Positions 1 through 10,800 of a stretch of 64,000 bases of DNA are shown here, piece after piece. Origin of the DNA: Clostridia bacterium. GTDB lineage: Bacteria; Bacillota; Clostridia; TANB77; CAG-508. A model generated the notes under the pieces. It saw nothing but the letters and a program-made list of their open reading frames with translations. It had not been told where the DNA came from and searched no databases. Position 1 is the stretch's first letter, and each line of letters opens with the position of its first letter. The position numbers were made by a program, and so were the translations under genes. The DNA lies in NCBI GenBank assembly GCA_017524665.1, contig JAFXVF010000016.1:140087-204086 (forward strand), read 5' to 3'.

Positions 1-850
1 ATTTAGATATAGAGCAAGAGTCTTTATTTTCCCAGATGGATTTTGGAAAACTGTTTTAGACAAGGATAAAATGCAACTTTTCTGGAATAGACACATTAAA
101 TACAGAAAAAATGAAAACTTATATATGCTTTGTGCCAATGCATATGGCGCGAATGATTTTAACAAATTAGGGCTGTATAAAGGAAAAACGTATAAATGGG
201 GATACTTTCTAGAAAACAACATATATGATATTGACAAGCTAATAGAACAAAAAGAAAAAAATGAAAAGATGCAATTAATTTGGGTTGCAAGATTTATAAG
301 TTGGAAACATCCGGAAATAGTATTAAAACTTGCTAAAAATTTAAAAGCACAAGGATATAAATTTAATATTCAAATGCTTGGAACAGGCAAGCTAGAAGAA
401 AAAATGAGGAACAGAGTAAAAAAAGAAAAACTTGAAGATGTAATAGACATAGTAGGACAAGTGCCAAGCGATAAAGTAAAAGGCTACATGGAAAAAGCAA
501 ATATTTTTATAGGAACAAGTGATAGTTATGAAGGATGGGGAGCAGTTATAAATGAATCAATGAATGCAGGATGTGCAATTGTTGCCAATGAAAAAATGGG
601 TTCAGTGCCTTTCCTAATTGGAGATAGTGACAATGGATTAATGTATAAAAATTATCAGGACTTAGAAAATAAAGTAAAACAATTAATGGAAAACAAAGAA
701 TTAAGAACGAGTTATTCTAAAAAAGCATATAACTACATAACTACAGAATGGACTGGAGCAAAGGCGGCTGAAAATATTATAGAAATGTTTGACTCAGTTT
801 TAAATAATACAGAATTAAAGGTTAAAAATGGCCCTGCAAGCAGAACTTAA
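1..850 (+). CDS. Glycosyltransferase family 4 (GT-B), 5' end outside window
   Basis: Frame open from base 2 into the 71..850 ORF; GT4 C-terminal motif EGWGAVINESMNAGCAIVA. Confidence 0.85.
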   Translation, partial: FRYRARVFIFPDGFWKTVLDKDKMQLFWNRHIKYRKNENLYMLCANAYGANDFNKLGLYKGKTYKWGYFLENNIYDIDKLIEQKEKNEKMQLIWVARFISWKHPEIVLKLAKNLKAQGYKFNIQMLGTGKLEEKMRNRVKKEKLEDVIDIVGQVPSDKVKGYMEKANIFIGTSDSYEGWGAVINESMNAGCAIVANEKMGSVPFLIGDSDNGLMYKNYQDLENKVKQLMENKELRTSYSKKAYNYITTEWTGAKAAENIIEMFDSVLNNTELKVKNGPASRT

Positions 851-910
851 AAATTTTAAATAAAAAGATGGATACACACTACTAAAAATTAGTGTGTGTC
901 TTATTTTTTT

Positions 911-975
911 TGTAAGAAATTTCTTACAGATTTTTTATTACAATAGTATTACAATTACGTTACAAATATATTAAG
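911..975. promoter_or_regulatory. 18-bp palindrome plus 11-bp-period TTACA direct repeats upstream of the SipW cluster
   Basis: TGTAAGAAATTTCTTACA at 911-928; TTACA at 938, 949 and 960 (reverse strand TGTAAC-N5-TGTAAT-N5-TGTAAT). Confidence 0.55.
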
Positions 976-990
976 TTTGCACTTTTTACA

Positions 991-1019
991 TTTACAACAT
1001 TTTTTCGACATGATATACT
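991..1019 (+). promoter_or_regulatory. Sigma-A-like promoter of the SipW cluster
   Basis: TTTACA-17 nt-TATACT with extended -10 TG. Confidence 0.55.
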
Positions 1020-1069
1020 CTAAATGAATATATTATTGGACAATTGGCGTTAAGGAGGAAAACAAATAA

Positions 1070-1678
1070 ATGAAAAAAGCAATTAGCATAATCATAATAA
1101 TTGTTTTATTACCAATATTGCTTATAAGTGGTATTATTCTTGTTAATTCAATTATACGCCCAGATGAAGTACCTTCATTTATGGGATGGAAACCATTTAT
1201 AGTATTGTCAGGGTCAATGGAAACTGAGATTTACCCAGGCGACTTGGCAATGACAAAAGATGTAGGTACAGACAACCTAAAAGAAGGAGACGTAATTGCA
1301 TTTAGACATGGTGATGTAGTTATAACACACAGAATAGTAAAAATACTAGAAGAAAATGGCGAAACGAAATACGTAACAAAAGGTGATAACAACAATACTG
1401 AAGATGTTGGGTATGTAACACCTGGAGATGTTGAAGGAGTATATCAATTTAAAATAAGCAAATTAGGTAATCTTGCAATGTTTATGCAAACGCCAACAGG
1501 AATGATAGCATGTCTTTCAATACCTCTACTATTACTTGTTATAGTACACATGAAAGAAAGTGCAGAAGATAGACAATATTTAAAAGAAAAGGCAAGCAAA
1601 CAAAGACAAATGGAACAAGAAATAGAAGAATTAAAAAGAAAAAATGAAGAGCTTGAAAAAGAAAAGCTTAACAAATAA
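1070..1678 (+). CDS. sipW: Signal peptidase I, SipW/archaeal type (S26B)
   Basis: IVLSGSMETEI (catalytic Ser), VITHRIV (His), TKGDNN; N- and C-terminal TM segments; SD AAGGAGG. Confidence 0.9.
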   Translation: MKKAISIIIIIVLLPILLISGIILVNSIIRPDEVPSFMGWKPFIVLSGSMETEIYPGDLAMTKDVGTDNLKEGDVIAFRHGDVVITHRIVKILEENGETKYVTKGDNNNTEDVGYVTPGDVEGVYQFKISKLGNLAMFMQTPTGMIACLSIPLLLLVIVHMKESAEDRQYLKEKASKQRQMEQEIEELKRKNEELEKEKLNK

Positions 1679-1743
1679 TTTTGATATTAACTTTTTAAAA
1701 TTTAATAAACTAATTCAAACATATGAAAGGGGGGAAAATACAA

Positions 1744-2379
1744 ATGAAAAATAACAGATTAGCTAAATTTTTAATTATTCTTTTAGCTTTAACAATGGTT
1801 GTAATTATTTTAGTTGCTGGAACATATGCAAAATATACATCTACAGCAACTGGTACAGCATCAGCTAAAGTTGCTAAATGGTCTATTGAGTTAGCAGGAA
1901 CAGAAATTGCTACAGCAACACCACAAACTGTAACAATAGATTTGTTTGAAACTATATTAGATTCAGATCTTACTAGTGCAGAACAAAATGTTGCAGCTAA
2001 TGCTACAGATCACTTAATAGCACCTGGTACATCAGGACAATTTAGTTTAACAATTGAAAACAAATCTGAGGTAGACGCTGAATATACTTTAGATGCAACA
2101 GTTACAAATGATGACGACATCCCAATTGAATTTAAGGTTAACGATGGAGCATGGGTAACAAGCCTTGATGGACTTGACACATCATCTGCAACTGGATTAA
2201 ACATGGGAGCAACTGATACAATAACTATTCAATGGAGATGGGCATTCACAGGAGCTGGTAGCACTAATTATCAAACAAACCAAACAAATACAACAGATAC
2301 AGCTTTAGGTATAGCTGCAAGAACAGCAAGACCTGAAGTTTCAGTTGAAATTGCAGTAGTTGCATCACAAGTTGACTAA
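1744..2379 (+). CDS. SipW-dependent secreted protein, TasA/camelysin-like (probable major subunit)
   Basis: Hydrophobic leader ending AGTYAKYT; then VAKWSI and IAPGTSGQF..I.NKSEV motifs; start 1744 from SD position; followed by a strong hairpin. Confidence 0.7.
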   Translation: MKNNRLAKFLIILLALTMVVIILVAGTYAKYTSTATGTASAKVAKWSIELAGTEIATATPQTVTIDLFETILDSDLTSAEQNVAANATDHLIAPGTSGQFSLTIENKSEVDAEYTLDATVTNDDDIPIEFKVNDGAWVTSLDGLDTSSATGLNMGATDTITIQWRWAFTGAGSTNYQTNQTNTTDTALGIAARTARPEVSVEIAVVASQVD

Positions 2380-2403
2380 TTTTAAAAGTTAAAACACTAT
2401 AGT

Positions 2404-2428
2404 ACGGGCAGGTTTTTTGCCTGCCCGT
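2404..2428 (+). terminator. GC-rich hairpin after TasA-like gene
   Basis: ACGGGCAGG-TTTTTTG-CCTGCCCGT, 9-bp perfect stem. Confidence 0.65.
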
Positions 2429-2504
2429 CATTTTAAATATGCTGACAAAAGCACAAAGAAGATGTTTTTGTGAGCATATTTAAGCACTAAGGAAAGGAGC
2501 AAGA

Positions 2505-3336
2505 ATGATTGTGGAACAGCAAGAACTGGAAAATGAATTAATAGAAAATACAAACAATGAAGTAATTGACAAAGAAACCAGTGCGGATACAGTCAGCTTA
2601 AATTCAAATGTGCAAGAAGCAGGTCAAAATATAGAAACCGAGCCACAAGAAGAAACAACAGAAAATGAACAAGTAAACGAACCGGAAAATAAAACAGAAA
2701 ACGAAGAAAAAAAGGAAGAAACGGACAATCAAGAGACTAATGCCCCAGAAGAGGATGAATTTGAGAAAAGAAGAAAGCAAAACAAATGGGTTATTATTGC
2801 TCTAATTTTAATTATTCTTTTTCAGTTAATGTATATTTGCATTAAAATATTAGATTTTGGATTAAATTCTGTAACAGCATGGGAAGTAGACAGTATAGAA
2901 CTGACAGAAGAAAATCTTCAAATTTTAAACGATACAAAACTTAATATTTTTGGTGGAAAAAACAGTGACCGGTGTAGGAAAAATTGCTCCAGCATCAAGT
3001 GGTACATACAAATTTAGTGTAAAAAACAAATCAAAATATGACATGATTTATAACATAAAATTTGAAGATGACATGAGTACTTTTATTAATATGAAGTATA
3101 GATTAAAAATTGATAATATTTATATAAGAGGAAGCAACGATGAATATGTTACAATAGATAAATTGGGTATAGAAAACATAATTGTACCAAAAGATTCGAT
3201 TAATGTATATACATTAGAGTGGTACTGGGAAAGTGATGACGAAAAGGACGCTTTGGCTGCAATTAATGGATTTGATCATTATTACTACTTTAAATTGCAA
3301 ATATCATCAAACATATACGATAGAAAAAGGAGCTGA
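2505..3336 (+). CDS. Membrane-anchored TasA-related accessory protein, about 276 aa, joined by +1 shift at CGG 2970
   Basis: Acidic N-terminus plus TM; ...LNIFGGKNSD(c)GVGKIAPASSGTYKFSVKNKS; the IAPxxSGxYxF motif is shared with the 1744 gene. Confidence 0.7.
2970..2973 (+). other. In-frame CGG-T +1 recoding site
   Basis: GAC CGG T joins ORF 2505..3017 to ORF 2950..3336. Confidence 0.75.
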
Positions 3337-3341
3337 AAATA

Positions 3342-3935
3342 ATGCTGTACACGGAGGAGGCAATAAAAAACAGAAGAAACAAAGCTCAATTAATTAGGAA
3401 AACAATATCAATAATAATATACATATTATTAACACCATTGCTAGTTTATAATATTTCTTTAATTGCTCAAGCTGTTACAAATCCAAATAAAACACCAAGT
3501 TTTTTAGGAATTAAAACATATACAATCATATCGGGAAGTATGGAGCCAGAGCTTAAAATAGGAGATATTGTAATAGTAAAAGAAGCTGGCAAAGATGATA
3601 TAAAAGAACAAGATGTAATTTCTTATAGGCATGGGCAAAGTGTAATAACCCATAGAGTTATAGAAATACATGAAAATGAAGGAAATAAAACATACAAAAC
3701 GAAGGGTGATAGTAATAACATAGAAGATACTGAAGAAATAAGCTATTCTTCAATAGAAGGAAGAATGATTGGGAGAATCCCATTCTTGGGTAAACTCTCT
3801 CGACTATTGCAAGGAAAAGTAACAGTAGTTGTTATTGCTCTTATGGCTTATGTATATTTTTCACATTTAAGTAAAATGAACCGTGTAAAAAACAGAAGAA
3901 AGGTTAAAAGGCTGAAATACGAAGAGACCAAATAA
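3342..3935 (+). CDS. sipW: Second SipW-type signal peptidase I
   Basis: IISGSMEPELKIGD, VITHRVI, TKGDSN motifs. Confidence 0.9.
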   Translation: MLYTEEAIKNRRNKAQLIRKTISIIIYILLTPLLVYNISLIAQAVTNPNKTPSFLGIKTYTIISGSMEPELKIGDIVIVKEAGKDDIKEQDVISYRHGQSVITHRVIEIHENEGNKTYKTKGDSNNIEDTEEISYSSIEGRMIGRIPFLGKLSRLLQGKVTVVVIALMAYVYFSHLSKMNRVKNRRKVKRLKYEETK

Positions 3936-3953
3936 GGAGAGTGAGAAAAGCAA

Positions 3954-4442
3954 ATGATAATAAAAAAAATAATTAAAAATTCAGATTTTGCATTGTTTTT
4001 ATTAGTTTGCTTGTCTATAATAACACTCACTCATTCATTAGCTGCTTCTGCAAAATTTCAGTCAACATCAAACAGCACTACAGGAGCAAAAGTTGCTAAA
4101 TGGAGCGTGTCAATAGAACCTGTAACTGCAAGTAATGTTTTAAATATTGTTACTGGCAGTACAGCTCAAGACTATATAGTTAAAGTAAAAAGTCTTTCAG
4201 AGGTTTCAAGTGCATATTCGTTAATAGTATCGAATGTTCCAAATGATGTAACAGTTTCATTAGATGATGGAACAGCACAAACACCCGTAAATAATACGGT
4301 AACATTTTCAAATGCAGGTTCGTTCAGTGTTGGTGGAGGAAGTAATGAGAGACAGCATAAACTTACATTTAATGCGCCTTTAAGTGCATCTGCAACGAAT
4401 GCTGTAGTAAATATACAAGCAAACTTTACTCAAAAAGATTAA
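3954..4442 (+). CDS. SipW-dependent secreted protein (minor subunit-like)
   Basis: Leader ending SAKFQS, then AKVAKWSVSI as in the 1744 gene; KSLSEVSSAY resembles NKSEVDAEY. Confidence 0.65.
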   Translation: MIIKKIIKNSDFALFLLVCLSIITLTHSLAASAKFQSTSNSTTGAKVAKWSVSIEPVTASNVLNIVTGSTAQDYIVKVKSLSEVSSAYSLIVSNVPNDVTVSLDDGTAQTPVNNTVTFSNAGSFSVGGGSNERQHKLTFNAPLSASATNAVVNIQANFTQKD

Positions 4443-4462
4443 ATAAAGAAAGGATAAATGCA

Positions 4463-7166
4463 ATGTATAAAAAGAACGCAAAATGGCTGGTATTTGGAAT
4501 ACTAACAGTAATTATACTTGCTATGATGAGCGGTTCTCTAGGTAAATATACAGAAAACTTAAATACAAATGTTACATTAAACATCAGAAAACCTGCATAT
4601 ACTGTGCGATTCCATCCAAACAATGGAGGAACGGACAATTATACAGAACAGTCATTTGTATATGGTACAGCGCAAAATTTAGATGCAAATACATTTACAA
4701 ATGGAACAGATAGTTTCTTAAGTTGGAATACTTCAGCTGATGGAAGCGGAACATCATATGATGACGAAGAAGAGGTTAATAATTTGTCACAAGCAGATGG
4801 AGCAATTATAGATTTATATGCACAATGGGGAGAAGAGCTGTATGAAGCACAAGTAGATGGAGGTCAAAAGTATGCAACAGTAGCACAAGCAATGGCTGCT
4901 GCAACAGCAAATAGCCGGACAGCATACAGTCAAGTTGCTTAAAAATGTTACAATTTCTTCTACATTAGAAATTGCATCAGGCAAAAACATAATATTTGAT
5001 CTTCAAAACCATACTATAAGTAATGTGTCTGGAACCGATATTTGCATTTTTTCAAGTAAAGGGCGCCTTGAAATAATAGGCGGTGCAAATGGAACAATAC
5101 AATCAGATGCTAGCCATGCAGCTGTAGATAATTATGGTCCAGGAGTTTTAACTGTACGTAGTGGAAATATTATTGCAACAGGAGAAAGACAGGCAATTTA
5201 TAATAGTAACGGAACAGTTGAAGTAACAGGAAGCGCATATTTATATTCAAGTGCAACAGACAGACCTGCTATTCAAAATGTTAAACCAAGTAACAAAAAT
5301 GCAGGAACAGTAACAATCTCAGGTGGAACTATAATTTCAACAAATACAACAACTAAAGGCGCGGTTGAAAATGAAAATACAGGAACTGTAATTATAACAG
5401 GTGGAACTATAACTTCAGAAAATTTAATGGGTGTAAATAATAATGGAACTCTTATTATAGGTACAGAAGGTGGAAACATAGACACAACCTCACCTGTCAT
5501 CCAGGGAGCTACTTATGGAGTAAATACCTCAACATCAACTGTAGAATTCTACGATGGCATTGTAAAAGGTATAACGCATGCGTTTAATAATGAAAGCAGA
5601 ATATCGGAAATAGAAGACCATTGTGATATAGCCCATTCATCAGAAGTAATTGATGGAGACACATATGAAACAGCATATTTAGAAACGATAGATGTTAGAT
5701 TAGAGTTTGATGCAAATGGAGGAACTCCAGCGCAAACTATTGTATATGTTGACAATAATACAGCTATAGGAAGTAATATGCCAGCAGATCCAATTAGGGA
5801 ATGCCATCGTTTCGATGGATGGTTTACAGATCCAACAGGTGGAACACAAATTACAAACGCAACAGTGGTTTCAGCAAATGATACATATTATGCGCATTGG
5901 ACAAAAGTAAAAGCTTTAGTAGAATTTGATGCTGGAGAAGGTGGTACTGCATCTGAAACTATAAGGGAAGTTAACATAGGAGCTGAAATCGGGACATTGC
6001 CAACTGCAACAAAACAATATAAAACACTCGATGGATGGTTTACAGATCCAACAGATGGAACGCAAATTACAGCAAATCAAGTCATAAATGATGATGTAAC
6101 ATATTTTGCACATTGGAATCCAATAATTGCAACAGTAACATTAGATCCACGTAGCGGAGTTATTCCAGCGACAACTGGCTGGACAATAGATCAACAAACA
6201 GGTAAAGCAAGCAAAACATTTGAGGAGGGACAAACTGTTGGAACTCTGCCAACACCAACTAGAGTAGGATACAGCTTTACAGGATGGTATACAGCAGCAA
6301 CAGGCGGAACAAGAATTAATAATTCGGAAATTGTTTCAGATACAGTAACATACTATGCGCATTGGACAGATAATGGCACAGCAATAATTGATTCAACTGT
6401 ATATGCAACACTGCAAGAAGCAATAAATGATGTACCGACAGATAACACTGAAACAACAATAACCTTGCTAAAAGATACGTTAGAAGCAGTTCATGTAGCA
6501 GCAGGCAAAAATATTGTATTAGATTTAGATGGACACAGATTATATAATAATGGAACTAAGAATGCAAAAAGTATGAACGACAATACAAACAGACCATCAG
6601 TAATAGAAAATTTAGGAAATCTTAAAATATCAAATGGTACAATAGTTAATGGAAACTCAAAACAGTCAGCTATAAACACTGGTACGGGAACTGTAATTAT
6701 AGAAAACGCTTCAATTTCACATACTGGAGGAGGAAGTGATTTTACAAAACAAGCGATTTACCTTTATACAGGAACACTAATAGTTACTGGAAATTCAACA
6801 ATAACTGCTAATAATTCTGGAGCTTATCAAGGTGTAAACAGAGGAGTAATACAAACTGATTCAGGAACAGTTAGAATTTTAGGTGGAACAGTTAGCTCTG
6901 AAACAGGACCCGCAATAACAACTAAAGCGGCGGGGAAAATAGAGCTTGGAGAAAAAGATGGAACCATAGGCAATACATCACCAGTAATACAAGGAAAGAC
7001 AAATGGTATAGAAACTCCAGGAACTTTAAAATTCTATGATGGAATAGTAAAAGGTAGAACGGCAGCAATTAGCGGCACAGTTTCAGATACAGAAACAGGA
7101 GCAACAGAAGTTAATGACACAGAAGTAATTGGCGGTTATACATACTATACTCGTTGTTATCAATAG
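4463..7166 (+). CDS. Large secreted adhesin-like protein, about 900 aa, with InlB B-repeat (Listeria-Bacteroides repeat) domains; +1 shift at CGG 4916
   Basis: Leader ending GSLGKYT; repeats such as FDANGG...FDGWFTDPTGGTQI...TYYAHW; junction ATANS(c)GQHTVKLLKNV parallels the later TETTITLLKDT module. Confidence 0.75.
4916..4919 (+). other. In-frame CGG-A +1 recoding site
   Basis: AGC CGG A joins ORF 4463..4942 to ORF 4935..7166. Confidence 0.75.
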
Positions 7167-7249
7167 AATTTAAAAAACAATATTTACCCTCTGGCCAGAA
7201 ACGACCAGAGGGTAATTTTAGGGACGTGTCAAAAATTACCCTTGGGAAC

Positions 7250-7290
7250 AAAAAAGGTTTGGAATTACTTCCAAACCTTTTTATTTTTTT
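7250..7290. terminator. Bidirectional terminator between convergent genes
   Basis: AAAAAAGGTTTGGAA-TTAC-TTCCAAACCTTTTT. Confidence 0.7.
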
Positions 7291-8098
7291 AAAATTCATG
7301 TTTTGATTTAACAACAGTAGGTGCCATCTCAAATAGTATTTTAAATATATCAAATTTACGTGTTTCTCCGCTTTCTAAGTAATCTAGGTAAATATCTAGT
7401 TCGTCTAAGTTCTTGCATGCAGTTATAATCGCTGGATGCAAATTATAGTTAAACATAAGCTCTAACCCTAAATCAAATGCTTCTTTTATAGAACCTTTTT
7501 CCTTATTGCGTATAAGTTTAAAAGCTTCTCTAAATCTTGCAATAAATGGATTTTTAAATCTAGTTATTGGCAAGGTATATTTTTCTTTAATAATATTGTC
7601 TATTGAATTATATGGGTTATACTCTAAATATTTATCAATTTCAACCTTTTTATATGGTAGAAAAACCTTACCTTTTAACTCAGACACAATTAAAGTGTTT
7701 TCAGCATAACCAGAAGATGAAACTTCTTCTTTAGGTTCTTCAACTATTTTGTCAACATGATGTTTATCCTCATGAAATACAGGAGTTTCTTCGCTATGTG
7801 CTGGAGCTGAATAGTAATCTTTTCTTTCTACAACAGGTTGATCCTCTTCTTGAGTTACTAAATTGATTTTAATATTTTCAATATCTCTTAATAATTTATT
7901 TAAAATTTCAATATTTTGATTAGTTAAATTAAGAGATGTAATTAAATTTTCCAAAAAAACTCTAACTTCATTTACTTGATCTAAACCTACAGTATCATTA
8001 GATTCTGCAAATTTTTGCATTAATTCTAATATTGTATTTTTAGCTTTTTCTTCTGCTTGAATAGAGTCATAAAGCGCTTTTTTTTCAGCTTCGTTCAT
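7289..8098 (-). CDS. Hypothetical protein
   Basis: 269-aa ORF with SD GGAGGT upstream; no family recognised. Confidence 0.7.
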   Translation of the reverse strand: MNEAEKKALYDSIQAEEKAKNTILELMQKFAESNDTVGLDQVNEVRVFLENLITSLNLTNQNIEILNKLLRDIENIKINLVTQEEDQPVVERKDYYSAPAHSEETPVFHEDKHHVDKIVEEPKEEVSSSGYAENTLIVSELKGKVFLPYKKVEIDKYLEYNPYNSIDNIIKEKYTLPITRFKNPFIARFREAFKLIRNKEKGSIKEAFDLGLELMFNYNLHPAIITACKNLDELDIYLDYLESGETRKFDIFKILFEMAPTVVKSKHEF

Positions 8099-8273
8099 TT
8101 CCTTTATACCTCCACTTGCGTAAAATTATATATTATAATTTTAAAAAAGTCTAGTCATTTATATAATAAAATATTTTGAATATAATGTAATAAATTTATT
8201 GTAAAAAACTATATACAAATTATAAATTTAATTATATAATAAGCTCGTAAAAATAGAGTTGGGAGGTAGCTTC

Positions 8274-9746
8274 ATGGAGCTTAAAAAAGTTTTAGCAGGA
8301 CTTGAAAATTTAAAGGCTAAGGGTAACCTTGACATTGATATAAAAGGAATTGAAAGTGATTCTAGAAAAGTTGAAAAAGATTTTATGTTTGTCGCAATAA
8401 AAGGATTTAGTAGTGACGGACATAATTTTATTGATAAAGCAATAGAAAATGGCGCAAATTGTATTATGATAGAAGAAGGTGCAGACGTTAAAGGAATGAA
8501 AATTCCAGCTGATGTTACAGTTGTAATGGCACCAAATACAAGATATGCATTAGCTATATCAGCATGTAATTTTTACCAAAATCCATCAAGAAAATTTAAA
8601 CTTATTGGAATTACTGGAACAAAAGGAAAAACTACTACTACATTTATGATGAAAAGAATATTAGAACAGCAAGGACAAAAAGTTGGCCTAATTGGTACAA
8701 TTGCTAAATATATAGGCGACAAATGCTTAGGAGAAAGCGATAGAACGACACCAGATAGTTTAGAGCTACAAAGGCTTTTTGCACAAATGGTAGAAGAAAA
8801 AGTTGATACAGTTGTAATGGAAGTTTCATCTCAAAGTTTAAAGCTTGATAGAGTTGCAGGATGTGACTTTGACATTGCAGTATTTACGAACTTTACAGAA
8901 GACCACATTAGTGAAAAAGAACATCCTAATATGCAAGATTACTTTGAGTCAAAATTGAAGTTATTTCAAATGTGTAAAACAGGATTTATAAATGCAGATG
9001 ATATACAAGTAGTTAAAGTAAAAAAACTATTTCCAAAAAGTAATATTAAAACATATGGAATAGATAACCCAGCAGATCTACTTGCAAAAGATGTTACAGT
9101 AACAAATTCATATGTAGACTTTAGAGTTAAACTTGGAGAGAAAAATGAAAGAGTAAAGACAAGCATACCAGGTAGATTTAGTGTATATAATTCACTAGCA
9201 GCAATATCTGTTGCAAAAGAATTAGGAGTTACACCTGAAAACATCAAATTAGCATTAGAAGACGTTAGAGTTCCAGGAAGAAGTGAGCTTGTTCCAAATA
9301 AAAAGGGATTAACAATAATGATAGATTATGCTCATTCGCCAGAAAGCTTGAATAGCATATTAAAAGCTGTAAAAAGCTATACACAAGGCAGAGTTATTTC
9401 TGTGTTTGGATGCGGAGGAGATAGAGATTCAGGCAAAAGACCAATAATGGGTGAGATATCTGGAACAGTTGCTGATTATACAATAATTACATCTGATAAC
9501 CCTAGAACAGAAGACCCTGAAACAATAGTAAGACAAATTGAAGAGGGCATGAAGAAAACAAACGGAAAATATGAAGTAATAGTAGATAGAAGAGAAGCAA
9601 TAAAAAGTGCAATAGAAATGGCAAGTAAACGAGACATCATTGTTTTAGCTGGCAAAGGTCATGAAACATATCAAGAGATAAATGGAGAGAAATTGCCATT
9701 TGACGAGAGAGTAATTATTAAAGATATTTTTAAAAATATGAAATAA
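8274..9746 (+). CDS. murE: UDP-MurNAc-L-Ala-D-Glu--meso-DAP ligase
   Basis: GTKGKTTT P-loop, MEVSSQ, DYAHSP, FGCGGDRD, DNPR (DAP-type motif), LAGKGHE. Confidence 0.95.
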   Translation: MELKKVLAGLENLKAKGNLDIDIKGIESDSRKVEKDFMFVAIKGFSSDGHNFIDKAIENGANCIMIEEGADVKGMKIPADVTVVMAPNTRYALAISACNFYQNPSRKFKLIGITGTKGKTTTTFMMKRILEQQGQKVGLIGTIAKYIGDKCLGESDRTTPDSLELQRLFAQMVEEKVDTVVMEVSSQSLKLDRVAGCDFDIAVFTNFTEDHISEKEHPNMQDYFESKLKLFQMCKTGFINADDIQVVKVKKLFPKSNIKTYGIDNPADLLAKDVTVTNSYVDFRVKLGEKNERVKTSIPGRFSVYNSLAAISVAKELGVTPENIKLALEDVRVPGRSELVPNKKGLTIMIDYAHSPESLNSILKAVKSYTQGRVISVFGCGGDRDSGKRPIMGEISGTVADYTIITSDNPRTEDPETIVRQIEEGMKKTNGKYEVIVDRREAIKSAIEMASKRDIIVLAGKGHETYQEINGEKLPFDERVIIKDIFKNMK

Positions 9747-9796
9747 ATTACAGCCAATACTTAAAATTTTCAACAAAAGTAAATGGGGAGCAAATT

Positions 9797-10780
9797 ATGA
9801 ATATAGATTTTCAAATTAAAATATTGTTATTATCATTTGTTGCAAGTGTGTGCTTATCATTTTTTATCATTCCAATTCTTAGAAAGCTAAAAGTTGGACA
9901 AAATGAGAGAGATGATGGACCTCAATCACACATAAAAAAACAAGGTACACCTACTATGGGCGGAATAATAATGATTATAAGTATCATAGTATGCAGTATA
10001 GGTGGATATTTTTACTATAGAGGAAAAGAGCTCCAAATTGCACAAAACATAATACCACTTTTACTTGTGACTATAGGATTTGGATTAGTTGGATTTATAG
10101 ATGACTTTAAAAAAATAATATTAAAAAATACAAAAGGGTTAAGCCCAGTACTAAAGATGCTAGGGCAATTAATAATTGCAACAGGCTTTGCAATATATAT
10201 AACAAATGTTTTAAACTTAGGAACAGATATTATTATTCCATTTGCAAATACAGAATTTGTATTACCAATGGTTTTATATATTCCATTTATAATACTTGTA
10301 ATGCTAGGAACTACAAATGCTGTAAATTTAACAGATGGAGTAGATGGACTTGCAACAAGTACAAGTGCAATTATTCTAACAACATTAACAATTATAGGAA
10401 TTGTGCTTGATGTAAAAGAAGTAGTAATCTTTGGAAGCATTTGTGTTGGAAGTTGCCTAGGATTTCTAATATTCAACTTGCATAAAGCAAAAGTATTTAT
10501 GGGCGATTTAGGTTCACTAATGCTTGGAGGAGCAATATCTGCAATTGCAATTTATTTAAAAATGCCATTATTACTTGTAGTAATTGCATTGGTTCCTGTT
10601 ATAGAAACAATTTCAGTTATGGCACAGGTAATTGCATACAAAACAACAGGAAAAAGAATTTTAAAAATGGCACCTCTTCATCACCACTTTGAATTGTCAG
10701 GATGGAGAGAAAACAAAATTGTTTCAGTATTTTGTATTGTAACTGTATTTGTTTGTGTAATAGGATTATATTCAATTTAA
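9797..10780 (+). CDS. mraY: Phospho-MurNAc-pentapeptide transferase
   Basis: KQGTPTMGG, NAVNLTDGVDGL, VFMGD, MAPLHHHFEL. Confidence 0.95.
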   Translation: MNIDFQIKILLLSFVASVCLSFFIIPILRKLKVGQNERDDGPQSHIKKQGTPTMGGIIMIISIIVCSIGGYFYYRGKELQIAQNIIPLLLVTIGFGLVGFIDDFKKIILKNTKGLSPVLKMLGQLIIATGFAIYITNVLNLGTDIIIPFANTEFVLPMVLYIPFIILVMLGTTNAVNLTDGVDGLATSTSAIILTTLTIIGIVLDVKEVVIFGSICVGSCLGFLIFNLHKAKVFMGDLGSLMLGGAISAIAIYLKMPLLLVVIALVPVIETISVMAQVIAYKTTGKRILKMAPLHHHFELSGWRENKIVSVFCIVTVFVCVIGLYSI

Positions 10781-10800
10781 GAAAGGAAAGATAGTGCACT

